In this document: positions 9,234 to 17,751 of the stretch, in pieces
How the letters are laid out: every line of letters begins with the position of its first letter
Numbering within the stretch: the first letter of the stretch is position 1
Assembly: GCA_963838925.1 (NCBI GenBank)
Contig: CAWISW010000002.1
Location: forward strand, 416,001 to 480,000
Direction of reading: 5' to 3'
DNA length: 64,000 nucleotides
DNA from: an uncultured Nitrososphaerota archaeon
Lineage (GTDB): Archaea; Thermoproteota; Nitrososphaeria; Nitrososphaerales; Gagatemarchaeaceae
Position numbers and translations under genes: made by a program
The notes under the pieces: generated by a model
Told to the model about the DNA's origin: nothing
Seen by the model: the letters and a program-made list of their open reading frames with translations, nothing else
Databases searched by the model: none

Positions 9234-9752
9234 TTGGCAAAGGGCGCGAAGGGCAAGAGCGTAAAGGCCGCGAAGAAGGCACCGGCCAAGGCTAAGCCCG
9301 TCCAGAAGGAACCGGAGAAACCGGTAGAGAAGAAGCCCAAGCCTCTTCCTAGGACCGAGAAGACCGAGGAGGAGCTGGTCGACCTCACCTCCCGGGTGTA
9401 CAAGCTCGTGGTCGAGAGGGGGAAGGACGGGGTCCTCCAGAGCGAGATCTGGAAGGAGCTGGGGCTCACCAGCAGGGACGGCTCACGTCTCGCCATCAGG
9501 CTCGAGAAGCGCGGCATGATACGGCGAGTGAAGGTCTTGGATGACGGCAGGTGGACCTACAAGCTCACGCCCCTGCGCCTCCCCGCTAACATTTCATCCA
9601 TGGAGTCGGCGCCGTGCATCGTCTGCCCGGTCGAGTCGAAGTGCTCGGTGACGACGGACATCAACCCGCTGACCTGTCCGCTCATCGGCCCCTGGGTGAT
9701 GAAGGAGTTCGCGGCCTCCAAGACGATGGAAGTCGCGCCACCGGTAGTCTAG
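9234..9752 (+). CDS. RPC34-like wHTH/Fe-S protein (TFE beta)
   Basis: wHTH GVLQSEIWKELGLTSRDGSR and C-terminal CIVCP....C...C cluster; follows tfb. Confidence 0.8.
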   Translation: MAKGAKGKSVKAAKKAPAKAKPVQKEPEKPVEKKPKPLPRTEKTEEELVDLTSRVYKLVVERGKDGVLQSEIWKELGLTSRDGSRLAIRLEKRGMIRRVKVLDDGRWTYKLTPLRLPANISSMESAPCIVCPVESKCSVTTDINPLTCPLIGPWVMKEFAASKTMEVAPPVV

Positions 9753-9758
9753 TCCAAG

Positions 9759-10352
9759 ATGAGACTCGAGGACGCGAAGCGAGACCAGTACAGGAAGCTC
9801 GCCAGGGAAGAGGGCTACAAGAGCAGGGCGGCCTACAAGCTCCTAGAGAACGTCAGGAAGTACCGCCTGATCAAGCCAGGCGACTACGTCCTCGACTTCG
9901 GCGCTGCACCAGGGGGCTGGCTGCAGGTAGCCTCCGCGGCCGCAGGAGAGACTGGGCTCGTCGTCGGAGTAGACCTCGAGCCGGTCGACCTCAATGAGCC
10001 CAACATGGTGACGATCCAGTCAGACATAAAGTCGCCCGAGCTCTCCGTGAAGCTCGAGAGGGCCCTCTCAAGGAAGGCCGACGTGGTGCTCTCTGACCTC
10101 TCGCCGCAGGTCATGGGGACGTGGGACCTCGACCACTACAGGCAGATCGAGCTAACCATGGCGGCCGCCTCCCTGATGGGCGGGTTCCTTCGCAAGGGCG
10201 GGAGCGCCATGTTCAAGGTCTTCGATGGCGAGAGGTTCGGGGAGATGAGGGCCCTCCTCTCGAAGCAGTTCGAGAAGGTCCAGATAACGAAACCAAAGGC
10301 GAGCCGCAAGGGGAGCGCCGAGCTCTACCTCGTGTGCTTCGGCTTTCGCTGA
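9759..10352 (+). CDS. rlmE: 23S rRNA 2'-O-methyltransferase RlmE/FtsJ
   Basis: YKSRAAYKL, DFGAAPGGW, VLSD, KPKASR..SAE. Confidence 0.95.
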   Translation: MRLEDAKRDQYRKLAREEGYKSRAAYKLLENVRKYRLIKPGDYVLDFGAAPGGWLQVASAAAGETGLVVGVDLEPVDLNEPNMVTIQSDIKSPELSVKLERALSRKADVVLSDLSPQVMGTWDLDHYRQIELTMAAASLMGGFLRKGGSAMFKVFDGERFGEMRALLSKQFEKVQITKPKASRKGSAELYLVCFGFR

Positions 10353-10411
10353 AGGCGAAGTGCGACCTTTCTTCCACATCCTTCTTAAGGGAAAAGCGCG
10401 CTCGGGCGTGC

Positions 10412-11983
10412 ATGAAGAGGACACTGCCCCTAGCGGCCGCGTCTTTGGCGCTCCTCGTGCTGTCGCTAGCGAGCGGGATGGCCGCGGTCTCAGCCGCCGG
10501 AGCCGCGGTCAGCTTGTCCACGGTCGGCGTGGGGAACGCGCCCACCGCGCTCGCCTACGACCAGGGAAACGGCTACGTGTACGCCGCGAACTCCAACTCC
10601 TCCAGCGTCTCAGTGATCAACGGGACCTCGGTCGTCGCGACTGTCGCGGTGGGCTCTGACCCCACCGCGCTCGTGTACGACCCTGCAAACGGGTTCGTCT
10701 ACGTTAGCAACACCAATTCGAGCACCGTCACGGTGATCTCAGGGACACTCGCCGTCGGCACGGTGAACGTCGGCGCGGGTCCGACGTCCCTGGTCTACGA
10801 CCCGGTCAACGACTACGTCTACGTTTCTGACACCAATGTGAGGGGAGAGGGGAACCTGCGGGACAACGTGACGGTACTTGAAGGGACGGGCGTCGTGTCC
10901 ACCATTGGCGTCGGCTCCCTCCCAGCGTCTCTCGTATTCGACCCCGACAACGAGTACGTCTACGTGGCAGTCAAGGGCTCGGGAACGGTCGTCGAGCTGT
11001 CGGGGACGACCGTCGCGGCGACCACGAAAGGGTTCTCCACGCCTAACGCGCTCCTCTACGACCCCGTGAACGGCGCGGTGTACGTGTCGAACCTCGGCTC
11101 AAGCGTCGTCTCGGAGGTCTTCGGGTCCGCGCTCACCGCCAACATAACGGTCGGGGTTGACCCCGTCGCGCTCGCCTTCGACCCGACCAACGACTACGTC
11201 TACGTCGCGAACTTCGACAGCTCGAGCCTCTCAGTCATCTCTGGATCTGCGGTCACCGCAAACGTAACTCTAGGGCTCTTCCCGTCGGCGCTCGTCTACG
11301 GCGCCTCTGACCACCGACTCTATGTCGCCAACGCGAACTTTGCCGCCACCGTTGGAACGGTCTGGGAGGTGGCTGGCACCGCCGTGGCCGGGAACCTCAC
11401 GGCGGGCGTGGAGCCAAGGCCTCTGGGCCAGCAGCACATGATTTACGACCCCTCAAATGGCGACGTCTACGTCGCGAACGTCCTCTCAGGGAGCGTCTTG
11501 GCGATACAGACAGGCCCCGCCACCTCCTCGACCTCGACCACCACGACTGCGACTTCCAGCTCCTCATTGACGTCCACGGTGACCACTACAAGCGCGACCA
11601 GCAGCACCACAACGAGCACTCAGACGACGACATCGTCGACCTCGAAAGCCTCCTCATCCACCACGCTGACGAGCACATCTAGCGCTTCAAGCACGACAAG
11701 CACGAGCCCAACGACCAGCACGACTGCCTCAAGCTCCAGTGCCTCGGCTTCGGCGTCATCTAGCGCCTCGTCGTCGAGCAGCCCGTCATCCACGAGCATC
11801 ACGACCACAACGACGACCACGAGCACTTCGTCTTCGATCCAGTCCACGGCAGCGAGCACGACGGTTCAAAATCCCACCACACCCGCGGCGCCCAACAACA
11901 CCGGCTTCGTCATCGTCGGCGCGCTCGCAGTGGCTGGGCTCCTGCTAGTCGTAGGGGCGGTCGTCGTCCGCAGAGGCAAGTGA
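10412..11983 (+). CDS. Surface protein: YVTN/YncE-type beta-propeller repeats, Ser/Thr-rich stalk, C-terminal TM anchor
   Basis: Signal peptide MKRTLPLAAA; about 9 repeats of VG..P.AL.YDP.N.YVYV.N; long S/T tract; TM plus RRGK tail. Confidence 0.88.
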   Translation: MKRTLPLAAASLALLVLSLASGMAAVSAAGAAVSLSTVGVGNAPTALAYDQGNGYVYAANSNSSSVSVINGTSVVATVAVGSDPTALVYDPANGFVYVSNTNSSTVTVISGTLAVGTVNVGAGPTSLVYDPVNDYVYVSDTNVRGEGNLRDNVTVLEGTGVVSTIGVGSLPASLVFDPDNEYVYVAVKGSGTVVELSGTTVAATTKGFSTPNALLYDPVNGAVYVSNLGSSVVSEVFGSALTANITVGVDPVALAFDPTNDYVYVANFDSSSLSVISGSAVTANVTLGLFPSALVYGASDHRLYVANANFAATVGTVWEVAGTAVAGNLTAGVEPRPLGQQHMIYDPSNGDVYVANVLSGSVLAIQTGPATSSTSTTTTATSSSSLTSTVTTTSATSSTTTSTQTTTSSTSKASSSTTLTSTSSASSTTSTSPTTSTTASSSSASASASSSASSSSSPSSTSITTTTTTTSTSSSIQSTAASTTVQNPTTPAAPNNTGFVIVGALAVAGLLLVVGAVVVRRGK

Positions 11984-11993
11984 CGCAGAAGGT

Positions 11994-13136
11994 CTAGCTG
12001 GACGAACCCTTGACCGCGGCGACGACCTCTTCGTACGAAGCGGTCGTCTTCAATCCTTGCGACCCGAAGGGCTGCCGTATCGCCGACCTGCCAGAGGCCT
12101 TCAACGCGTCCACCACCGTCTGGAACTTCACGGACGAGATCTTCTCCCTGGAAGTGATCCCTTCCATGGAATATCCGAACGGCGGGAACCCGTCGACCCC
12201 CTCCAGCGCGTTAAGAGCCTCCGCGGCGCCCCTCCATCCGAGGGCCGCGCAGTCCTTCGCGGCCTCCATCGCTAGGCGCTCGTCGACCAGCTTTCCCACC
12301 CACTGAGGCCCGATGGACTTCGCCTTCCCTCCGCACCTCGGGCAGACTGTGCTGTAGCTGGCCGTCATGGAGGCCTCGTGACAGGTCCCGCAAGCCGCGA
12401 CGTAGCCCAGCTCCTTGAGGCACCGGTCGGACATCGCCGCACCCCTGGCGACCCTGAAGTAGACCCGCAAGTAGTGCAGGGTGCTGTGCGCGGCCAGAGG
12501 CTGTATCGCAGTGTCGACGATCCCGCCGATTCGTGCGCAGAACCCGAGGAGAACTCGTATGGCAGCCTCGTGCGCGAACTCGCTCTTGACGATCTGCGCG
12601 CCGTACCTCCTCAGGGCGGCTGTTGGGTACACCCCGCAGAGCGTGGCGGTGTCTGTCGCAGTCATCGAGACTATCGCACCGTCGTCGGCGGCGGTAAGCG
12701 CCCCCTGGACGTATGGCGCAGGCGTCCCGAAAGGGTCGACGTCGACCGCGTCGAACCTCTCAAGCCTCCCGAACCGGGAGTGGAGGTACGCGTTCGACTC
12801 CTCGTGGACAAACTCGCACCGCGCGCCGACACGGCTCTTCCTTGCGTTCTTCTTCGCTATCGCGAGCGAGGTCGCGTTGAACTCGACGAGGGTCACCTCC
12901 ACGGTCTTCGAGGCCTCGTTCGCGACCCGGACTCCCCTCGCACCGACCCCTGCGAGGGCGTCGAGGAAGCTTGATGGCCCGGTGGCCCTCGCTATCGCGA
13001 CCGAGACGTCGCGGTTGACCCTCGCGGCTGGGTTGAAGAACGCGGGGAAGGTCTTGGGCTCCTTCGCCTTCAGGCTCTCCGCCGGGACGTACAGGTCGGT
13101 CGAGCCCTCGCGCGAGAGGGCCAGCTTGGGGAGCAA
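11994..13136 (-). CDS. trm1: tRNA (G26-N2)-dimethyltransferase Trm1
   Basis: FFNP..RVNRD, GARGVR, DVDPFGTP, TATD, HYLR. Confidence 0.93.
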   Translation of the reverse strand: MLPKLALSREGSTDLYVPAESLKAKEPKTFPAFFNPAARVNRDVSVAIARATGPSSFLDALAGVGARGVRVANEASKTVEVTLVEFNATSLAIAKKNARKSRVGARCEFVHEESNAYLHSRFGRLERFDAVDVDPFGTPAPYVQGALTAADDGAIVSMTATDTATLCGVYPTAALRRYGAQIVKSEFAHEAAIRVLLGFCARIGGIVDTAIQPLAAHSTLHYLRVYFRVARGAAMSDRCLKELGYVAACGTCHEASMTASYSTVCPRCGGKAKSIGPQWVGKLVDERLAMEAAKDCAALGWRGAAEALNALEGVDGFPPFGYSMEGITSREKISSVKFQTVVDALKASGRSAIRQPFGSQGLKTTASYEEVVAAVKGSSS

Positions 13137-13193
13137 GAACCTTGGCGCCGCCGACGAAGCATTTAAGCCGAGTCTGAAGGGTTCGGCTAGAAC

Positions 13194-13742
13194 TTGTCGT
13201 CCCCGAAAACAAAGATCTGGCTCGTCACGGGCCCCCCGGGCATCGGCAAGTCCTCGCTGGTCTCAAAGGTCGTCTTCTCGGTGAGGTCCAGGGGACACGG
13301 GGTCGGCGGCTGCCTTACCAAGGAGGTAAGGAAGGGGAGAGAGCGCACCGGGTTCAGGATTATCGACCTCCTGAGCGGGAACGAGGCCGAGCTTGCGTCA
13401 GTGAGCGGGCTGGGCCCCCGGGTGGGCAAGTATCGCGTGAACATCACGAACCTCTCCTCTCTAGGGGCAGGCTCGCTGCTCCGCGCGGCCGAGGTCGCGG
13501 ACTTCATCGTGATCGACGAGGTGGGCCCTATGGAGCTCACGAGCCCCGAGTTCAGGAGGGGCGTCAAGGCGTGCCTCGCCTCCGGGAAGCCGATGCTGAT
13601 AGTGCTGCACGAGAGCATGAAGGACCCCCTCATGACCGAGATCTCGGAGCAGCCGAACAGTACCCTGGTCGAGCTGACCCTCCACAACAGGGAGGGGGTG
13701 GCGCAGCAGCTCCCCTCGGAGATTGCCTTAAGTCTGGGCTGA
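13194..13742 (+). CDS. Nucleoside triphosphatase (THEP1/NTPase_1)
   Basis: TGPPGIGKS, RTGF, RVGKY.V, IDEVGPME. Confidence 0.93.
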   Translation: MSSPKTKIWLVTGPPGIGKSSLVSKVVFSVRSRGHGVGGCLTKEVRKGRERTGFRIIDLLSGNEAELASVSGLGPRVGKYRVNITNLSSLGAGSLLRAAEVADFIVIDEVGPMELTSPEFRRGVKACLASGKPMLIVLHESMKDPLMTEISEQPNSTLVELTLHNREGVAQQLPSEIALSLG

Positions 13743-13757
13743 GGAGAGCAGACTGGC

Positions 13758-14405
13758 GTGCTAGTCGGCGGCTGTGACGAAGCCGGGCGTGGGTGTGTGT
13801 TGGGCCCGCTCGCAGTCGCCGGTGTCTCGGTAGACTCGAGAAGGCTCAATGAGTTGGCCGAGCTGGGGGTCAAGGACTCGAAGATGCTCACGGCGAACCA
13901 GCGCGACTCGCTCTACGTCGAGATCATGAGGGTCTGCAGCGGGGTCGGCGTGTCGCGGATACCGCCTAACGAGATAGACCGGTACGTGAGGAGGGGCAAG
14001 AAGCACCGGCGCCTAAACTACCTCGAGACGATCCACATGGCGAAGGTCATCGACGGGCTCGGGGTCGACGAGGTCTTCATCGACGCCCCAGACATCAACC
14101 CCGCGAGGTTCACCGCCGAGCTCGTCGAGCTGATGACCTCAAAGCCGAGGATAGTCGCTGAGCACAAGGCGGACGTAAACTACGCAATAGTCTCCGCGGC
14201 CTCGATAGTGGCGAAGGTCGAAAGGGACCGCGACATCGCGGACCTCAGGGCGCTCCACGGCGACTTTGGGTCGGGCTACCCCTCAGACCCGGACACCATC
14301 GCGTTCCTGAAATCGTGGGTGAAGCGGGAGAGCTCGCAGCCCGAGTTCGCGAGGAAGAGCTGGAAGACGTGGGACAGGATCGCCGTCTTCCCCACGCTGG
14401 ACTAG
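13758..14405 (+). CDS. rnhB: Ribonuclease HII
   Basis: GCDEAGRG, VKDSK, VSAASIVAKVERD, GSGYPSD. Confidence 0.96.
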   Translation: MLVGGCDEAGRGCVLGPLAVAGVSVDSRRLNELAELGVKDSKMLTANQRDSLYVEIMRVCSGVGVSRIPPNEIDRYVRRGKKHRRLNYLETIHMAKVIDGLGVDEVFIDAPDINPARFTAELVELMTSKPRIVAEHKADVNYAIVSAASIVAKVERDRDIADLRALHGDFGSGYPSDPDTIAFLKSWVKRESSQPEFARKSWKTWDRIAVFPTLD

Positions 14406-15094
14406 AGCTGCCGCATCGTCGCCCAGATCAGCGCGTGGTCCTTGTCGTACGGGCGGAGGTCGATCACCCTCTCCACGGCGAAGCCGGCGTCCCTGAGCTT
14501 CTGCGCCTCCTCCTTGAAGACCAGCGAGGGCTCCTTGAGCTGGTCTATGCTCCTCGCCTTGACGATGAGCAGGAGCATACCGTCCTTCTTCAGGTGCGCC
14601 CTCGCGTTTGTAATCGCGATCTCAGTCTGGTCCCTCTGCGCGATGTCGCAGTAGACCACGTCCATCTTCCCGAACCCGCCGAACCTCTCGGTCTCCCTCG
14701 CGTCGGAGATGAACGGGATGACGTTGGGCCTCGCCTTCGCGACCTTCTCGAGGAACTCCCTCCCCACGCGCGCCGAGAGCTCCACGCCCACAAGGAGCCC
14801 CTCGCTCCCCACGATGTCAGAGACGTGGGAGGCAGTGGTCCCGGTCGATGCGCCGAGGTAGAGCACCTTGTCGCCGCTCCTTATGATGTCGGCTGGAAGC
14901 TCGCCCTTCAGGATCGCCCCGGCGAGCTTGCTCCTGTACGGGTCCCAGCTTCGGTATTCGCTGCCGTGTATCTTCAGGAGGTCCTCGTCATACACCCTGC
15001 TGCCCGGGACGAGGTTTCTTGTAAAAGCGCCTCTCCTTCCCTCCCGGCCGCCTTCCCGCCCCCGGCCTTCCATAACGAGGACGTTGCTGGTCAT
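14402..15094 (-). CDS. flpA: Fibrillarin-like rRNA/tRNA 2'-O-methyltransferase
   Basis: WDPYRSKLA, VLYLGASTGTT.SH, DIAQ.DQ, KARSID. Confidence 0.96.
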   Translation of the reverse strand: MTSNVLVMEGRGREGGREGRRGAFTRNLVPGSRVYDEDLLKIHGSEYRSWDPYRSKLAGAILKGELPADIIRSGDKVLYLGASTGTTASHVSDIVGSEGLLVGVELSARVGREFLEKVAKARPNVIPFISDARETERFGGFGKMDVVYCDIAQRDQTEIAITNARAHLKKDGMLLLIVKARSIDQLKEPSLVFKEEAQKLRDAGFAVERVIDLRPYDKDHALIWATMRQL

Positions 15095-16238
15095 TTCGCC
15101 GGAACTCTCTTCGCTGTTCCGGACGCATCGGCGGTGGCTCCTTATACTTTATCTTGATCTCGGCGAGCCTCTTCTCAAAGAGCCCGGTCAGCTCGCCCGC
15201 CTTCTCGCCCCGGTAGTAGTCGATGCGGGCCGCGATCGCAATCTTGTTCGCCAGCGTCCTTGCGATCTTCCCCCTCTGCCACTTGGGCGCCATGTGCACC
15301 GCCTCGTGCTGGAAGAGTATGCCGTGCTTGGGGGGCCTCGACCCCGTCCTGATCGCCCTGAAGAGGGCCTTCTCAGCCCCCAGGACCTGTATCGTGCTCG
15401 CGGGAAGCCTAGCCATCCTCTCGAGCCCCCCCGCCCTCGCTATGAGCCGCGCCCCGATAGTCGCGCCCGCGACTGCCGTGATGTTGGGCGCGATCTTGTT
15501 CATCGTCGACTCCACCGTCTCGGCCATCTTCTCCCTCTCTGCGGCGGTCTTGACCGCCAGCTCGGCGAGGCCGATGATGCGGCGGATGTCCCTCTCCGAA
15601 ATGGTGCCCCCCTTCGACTTCTCGGCGGCGAGGACTATCGCCTCCGCCTTCTTGTCGCCGAACCCCTGCTTCTCCAGGGACTCTACGTCGAAGGTCCCCC
15701 GCCTCCCTATCTCGATGATCAGCTTCGCAAGCGCGAGGTTGTCCTTGAGGATGTCCTGGAGCTCTGGGAAGTGGAGGCTGTACCACTCCATCGTCCTCTC
15801 GGTCATGATGTTGAGGAATCGGTCGAGCTCGTCGAGAGCCATTATAGCGTTGACGAGGTGGAGGTCCTCCTTCGAGGACGCCTCGCTGACCTCGTGCTCC
15901 GCGGCCGCGATGGCGCTCGCCCTCGCGCTCTCCAGCGCGGTCCCGGCGTCGCTCGCGAACCCGGCCTTGGCGATGAGCTTGAACTTCCTCGCGTCGAGGT
16001 CGTCGCGCTCGTCGTCTGTAGTTATCATCGTCTCGATGCCGAACTCCTCCATCTTCTCCTTAGCGGGGATGCTCGAGACCTTCAGGCGCGAGATGCCCTT
16101 CCTCTTGACCCCTTCCGCGACCCTCTTGAGCCTCTCGTCGCGCGCCTGCCCCTTCTCCGCCCTCTCTGAGACCAGGACGTCGTCACCTTGGACGACTATG
16201 AAACCAGCGTCTGTCTCGTAGAGAATCGGCTCCGGCAA
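14988..16238 (-). CDS. nop5: C/D box sRNP protein Nop5 (Nop56/58)
   Basis: EWYSLHFPEL, PASTIQVLGAEKALF, PPKHG, RGKIAR.LA.KI.IAARID. Confidence 0.96.
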   Translation of the reverse strand: MPEPILYETDAGFIVVQGDDVLVSERAEKGQARDERLKRVAEGVKRKGISRLKVSSIPAKEKMEEFGIETMITTDDERDDLDARKFKLIAKAGFASDAGTALESARASAIAAAEHEVSEASSKEDLHLVNAIMALDELDRFLNIMTERTMEWYSLHFPELQDILKDNLALAKLIIEIGRRGTFDVESLEKQGFGDKKAEAIVLAAEKSKGGTISERDIRRIIGLAELAVKTAAEREKMAETVESTMNKIAPNITAVAGATIGARLIARAGGLERMARLPASTIQVLGAEKALFRAIRTGSRPPKHGILFQHEAVHMAPKWQRGKIARTLANKIAIAARIDYYRGEKAGELTGLFEKRLAEIKIKYKEPPPMRPEQRREFRRNDQQRPRYGRPGAGRRPGGKERRFYKKPRPGQQGV

Positions 16239-16289
16239 GAAAAGTTCGCTTGCTGCGTCGGCGGGGCACGGATAAAGGTTACCGCGTCA

Positions 16290-16751
16290 CTAGTTCGTCA
16301 CGGTCATCGTCACGTTGTTGGAGCGGGCCGTGCTCCCGTCGGCGAAGGTCACCACCGCGTAGACCTGGTTGACGCCCACGTCCGAGGGGTCGGCGGGGCC
16401 GGAGTCGATGACGTACGTGTAGTGCGTTGAGGTCACGTTCCACGCGAGGTCTCCGTAGACGTGGTTCCTGAACACCTGGTGCAGGGAGACGGGGGCGGTA
16501 GAGTTGGGCACGGAGATGGAAAGCAGCAGCTCCTGTCCGAGCGCGTAGGTCGCGTTCGTGACCGGGTTCCCGCTCGGGTCGATCGCCCTCGCCACCACCT
16601 GGACTGAGGAGGCGGTCGACGTGGAATGGTCGGTCGCCTCGACATACATTCCCAGGACCATCGCGCCCCCGATGACGAGGATGAGGATGGCTGCCACCGA
16701 GGACTGTCCGATAGCGCCCCTTGAGTCGAAGAGTTTCAGACTGCCGCTCAA
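16290..16751 (-). CDS. Hypothetical membrane-anchored or secreted protein with a possible class III (pilin-like) signal peptide; start uncertain
   Basis: SRG-AIGQSSVAAILILVIGG hydrophobic N-terminus followed by a beta-rich domain with N-glycosylation sequons. Confidence 0.55.
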   Translation of the reverse strand: MSGSLKLFDSRGAIGQSSVAAILILVIGGAMVLGMYVEATDHSTSTASSVQVVARAIDPSGNPVTNATYALGQELLLSISVPNSTAPVSLHQVFRNHVYGDLAWNVTSTHYTYVIDSGPADPSDVGVNQVYAVVTFADGSTARSNNVTMTVTN

Positions 16752-16812
16752 CTCCGGCGTGCCTCCAGCCTGCCCAGCCTTAAATAGCCGCCCTGAGCCC
16801 CTCATCAATACA

Positions 16813-17715
16813 GGAGTGTAAGGGTACGCCAACACACGGTTGGCCTCGAGGCGATTAACCTCGGCAAAGCCGATGGGCGGCTAAATAGTCTGACTCCCTG
16901 AGCAGATGATGACTCTGAAGAACTGCAGAACTTGCGGTAAGGCTCTCCCCAAGCGCGACTCCCAATTCTGCGACAGAGCATGCTACTCCCAAGCCTACAG
17001 GAATGGGATTATCACGAACCGGGGCTGGTTCAGGAAAGGAATACCCTCTCTCAACAAGGGGAAGACGCTCGAGTCTTGGGTCGGCAAGGAGAGAGCCCGA
17101 GAAATTAGGCACAGGATGTCGGAGAACTCGAAGGGGAAGGCCGGTCAACTCAGGAGGTTGAACGAGGATCCGCGGGTCTTGGGCAAGAGAAGGCTTTCTC
17201 GCAGGTTCCACGAGGCAGTCGTGCAGACCCTCGTCAAGGAGTTTAGAACCTTGGGTTGGAGGTGCTACACTTTGTCAGAGTACGTCAAGGAAGAGAGGAC
17301 ACCGGACGCGATTTTGTTTGACGGAAGGGAGTTAGTAGCTTTGGAGGTCGAAGTGAAGAAGAAGTGGAAGCCCACCGAAGCTTCGATGACTCGGCGGCTA
17401 ACTGATTTGAATGGTTCGTCAAGATTCTTCGATAGGACCAGCGTCGTATTTCCAGATGAGGGACTCGATATGGCCGAGCAGGTCCCCATGCTTGTTGGCG
17501 AGATATTGAATCGCAAAAGATTATATGAGGACTCCCCGAGCTAGAAATCGGAGGATTGAAAATACAACATGCCGACCCACGGGAGTCAGCAGCTAAGAGC
17601 AACTCTTACTGCCTCCAATCACTAAGGCCGGGAAAGTCCGATCGCAAACTCCGAAGATCGAGGGGAAGGTCCACAGAAGCAAGATCCCTAAGGTAAGGAA
17701 CACCCGGACCTACAT
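16813..17715 (+). ncRNA. Putative structured RNA, family unassigned, that encloses an endonuclease ORF
   Basis: Dense hairpins on both sides of the ORF; 9-bp perfect long-range helix 16890-16898/17581-17589; complementary 5' and 3' ends; TATA-like TTAAATA at 16780-16786. Confidence 0.55.
16906..17544 (+). CDS. Homing-endonuclease-like protein (Zn finger, NUMOD3-like DNA-binding segment, PD-(D/E)xK nuclease)
   Basis: CRTCG...FCDRAC; PSLNKGK and RMSE NUMOD3-like motifs; TPDAIL...ALEVEVK catalytic motif; lower GC than the flanking genes. Confidence 0.75.
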   Translation: MMTLKNCRTCGKALPKRDSQFCDRACYSQAYRNGIITNRGWFRKGIPSLNKGKTLESWVGKERAREIRHRMSENSKGKAGQLRRLNEDPRVLGKRRLSRRFHEAVVQTLVKEFRTLGWRCYTLSEYVKEERTPDAILFDGRELVALEVEVKKKWKPTEASMTRRLTDLNGSSRFFDRTSVVFPDEGLDMAEQVPMLVGEILNRKRLYEDSPS

Positions 17716-17751
17716 CAAGAGATTTACTCTAAAGAGAAAACCTGGACAGAA

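Noticed and set aside
10520-11500. Periodic TACGACCC / TACGTCTACGT repeats resembling CRISPR
   Set aside because: These are in-frame beta-propeller blade repeats
11510-11870. Low-complexity repeat or possible array
   Set aside because: Encodes the Ser/Thr stalk of the surface protein; no repeat-spacer periodicity
16890-16920. Box C/D sRNA or TIGR-like array (ATGATGA, CTGA) near Nop5
   Set aside because: Box C coincides with the ORF start codons, spacing is wrong for guides, and there is no tandem array; Nop5 here is the ordinary fibrillarin partner
17625-17715. Canonical RNase P RNA (GGAAAGTCC, ACAGAA, CCCGG)
   Set aside because: Only about 75 nt separate the CR-I-like and CR-V-like motifs, too short for known RNase P types; kept only as one hypothesis in the top finding
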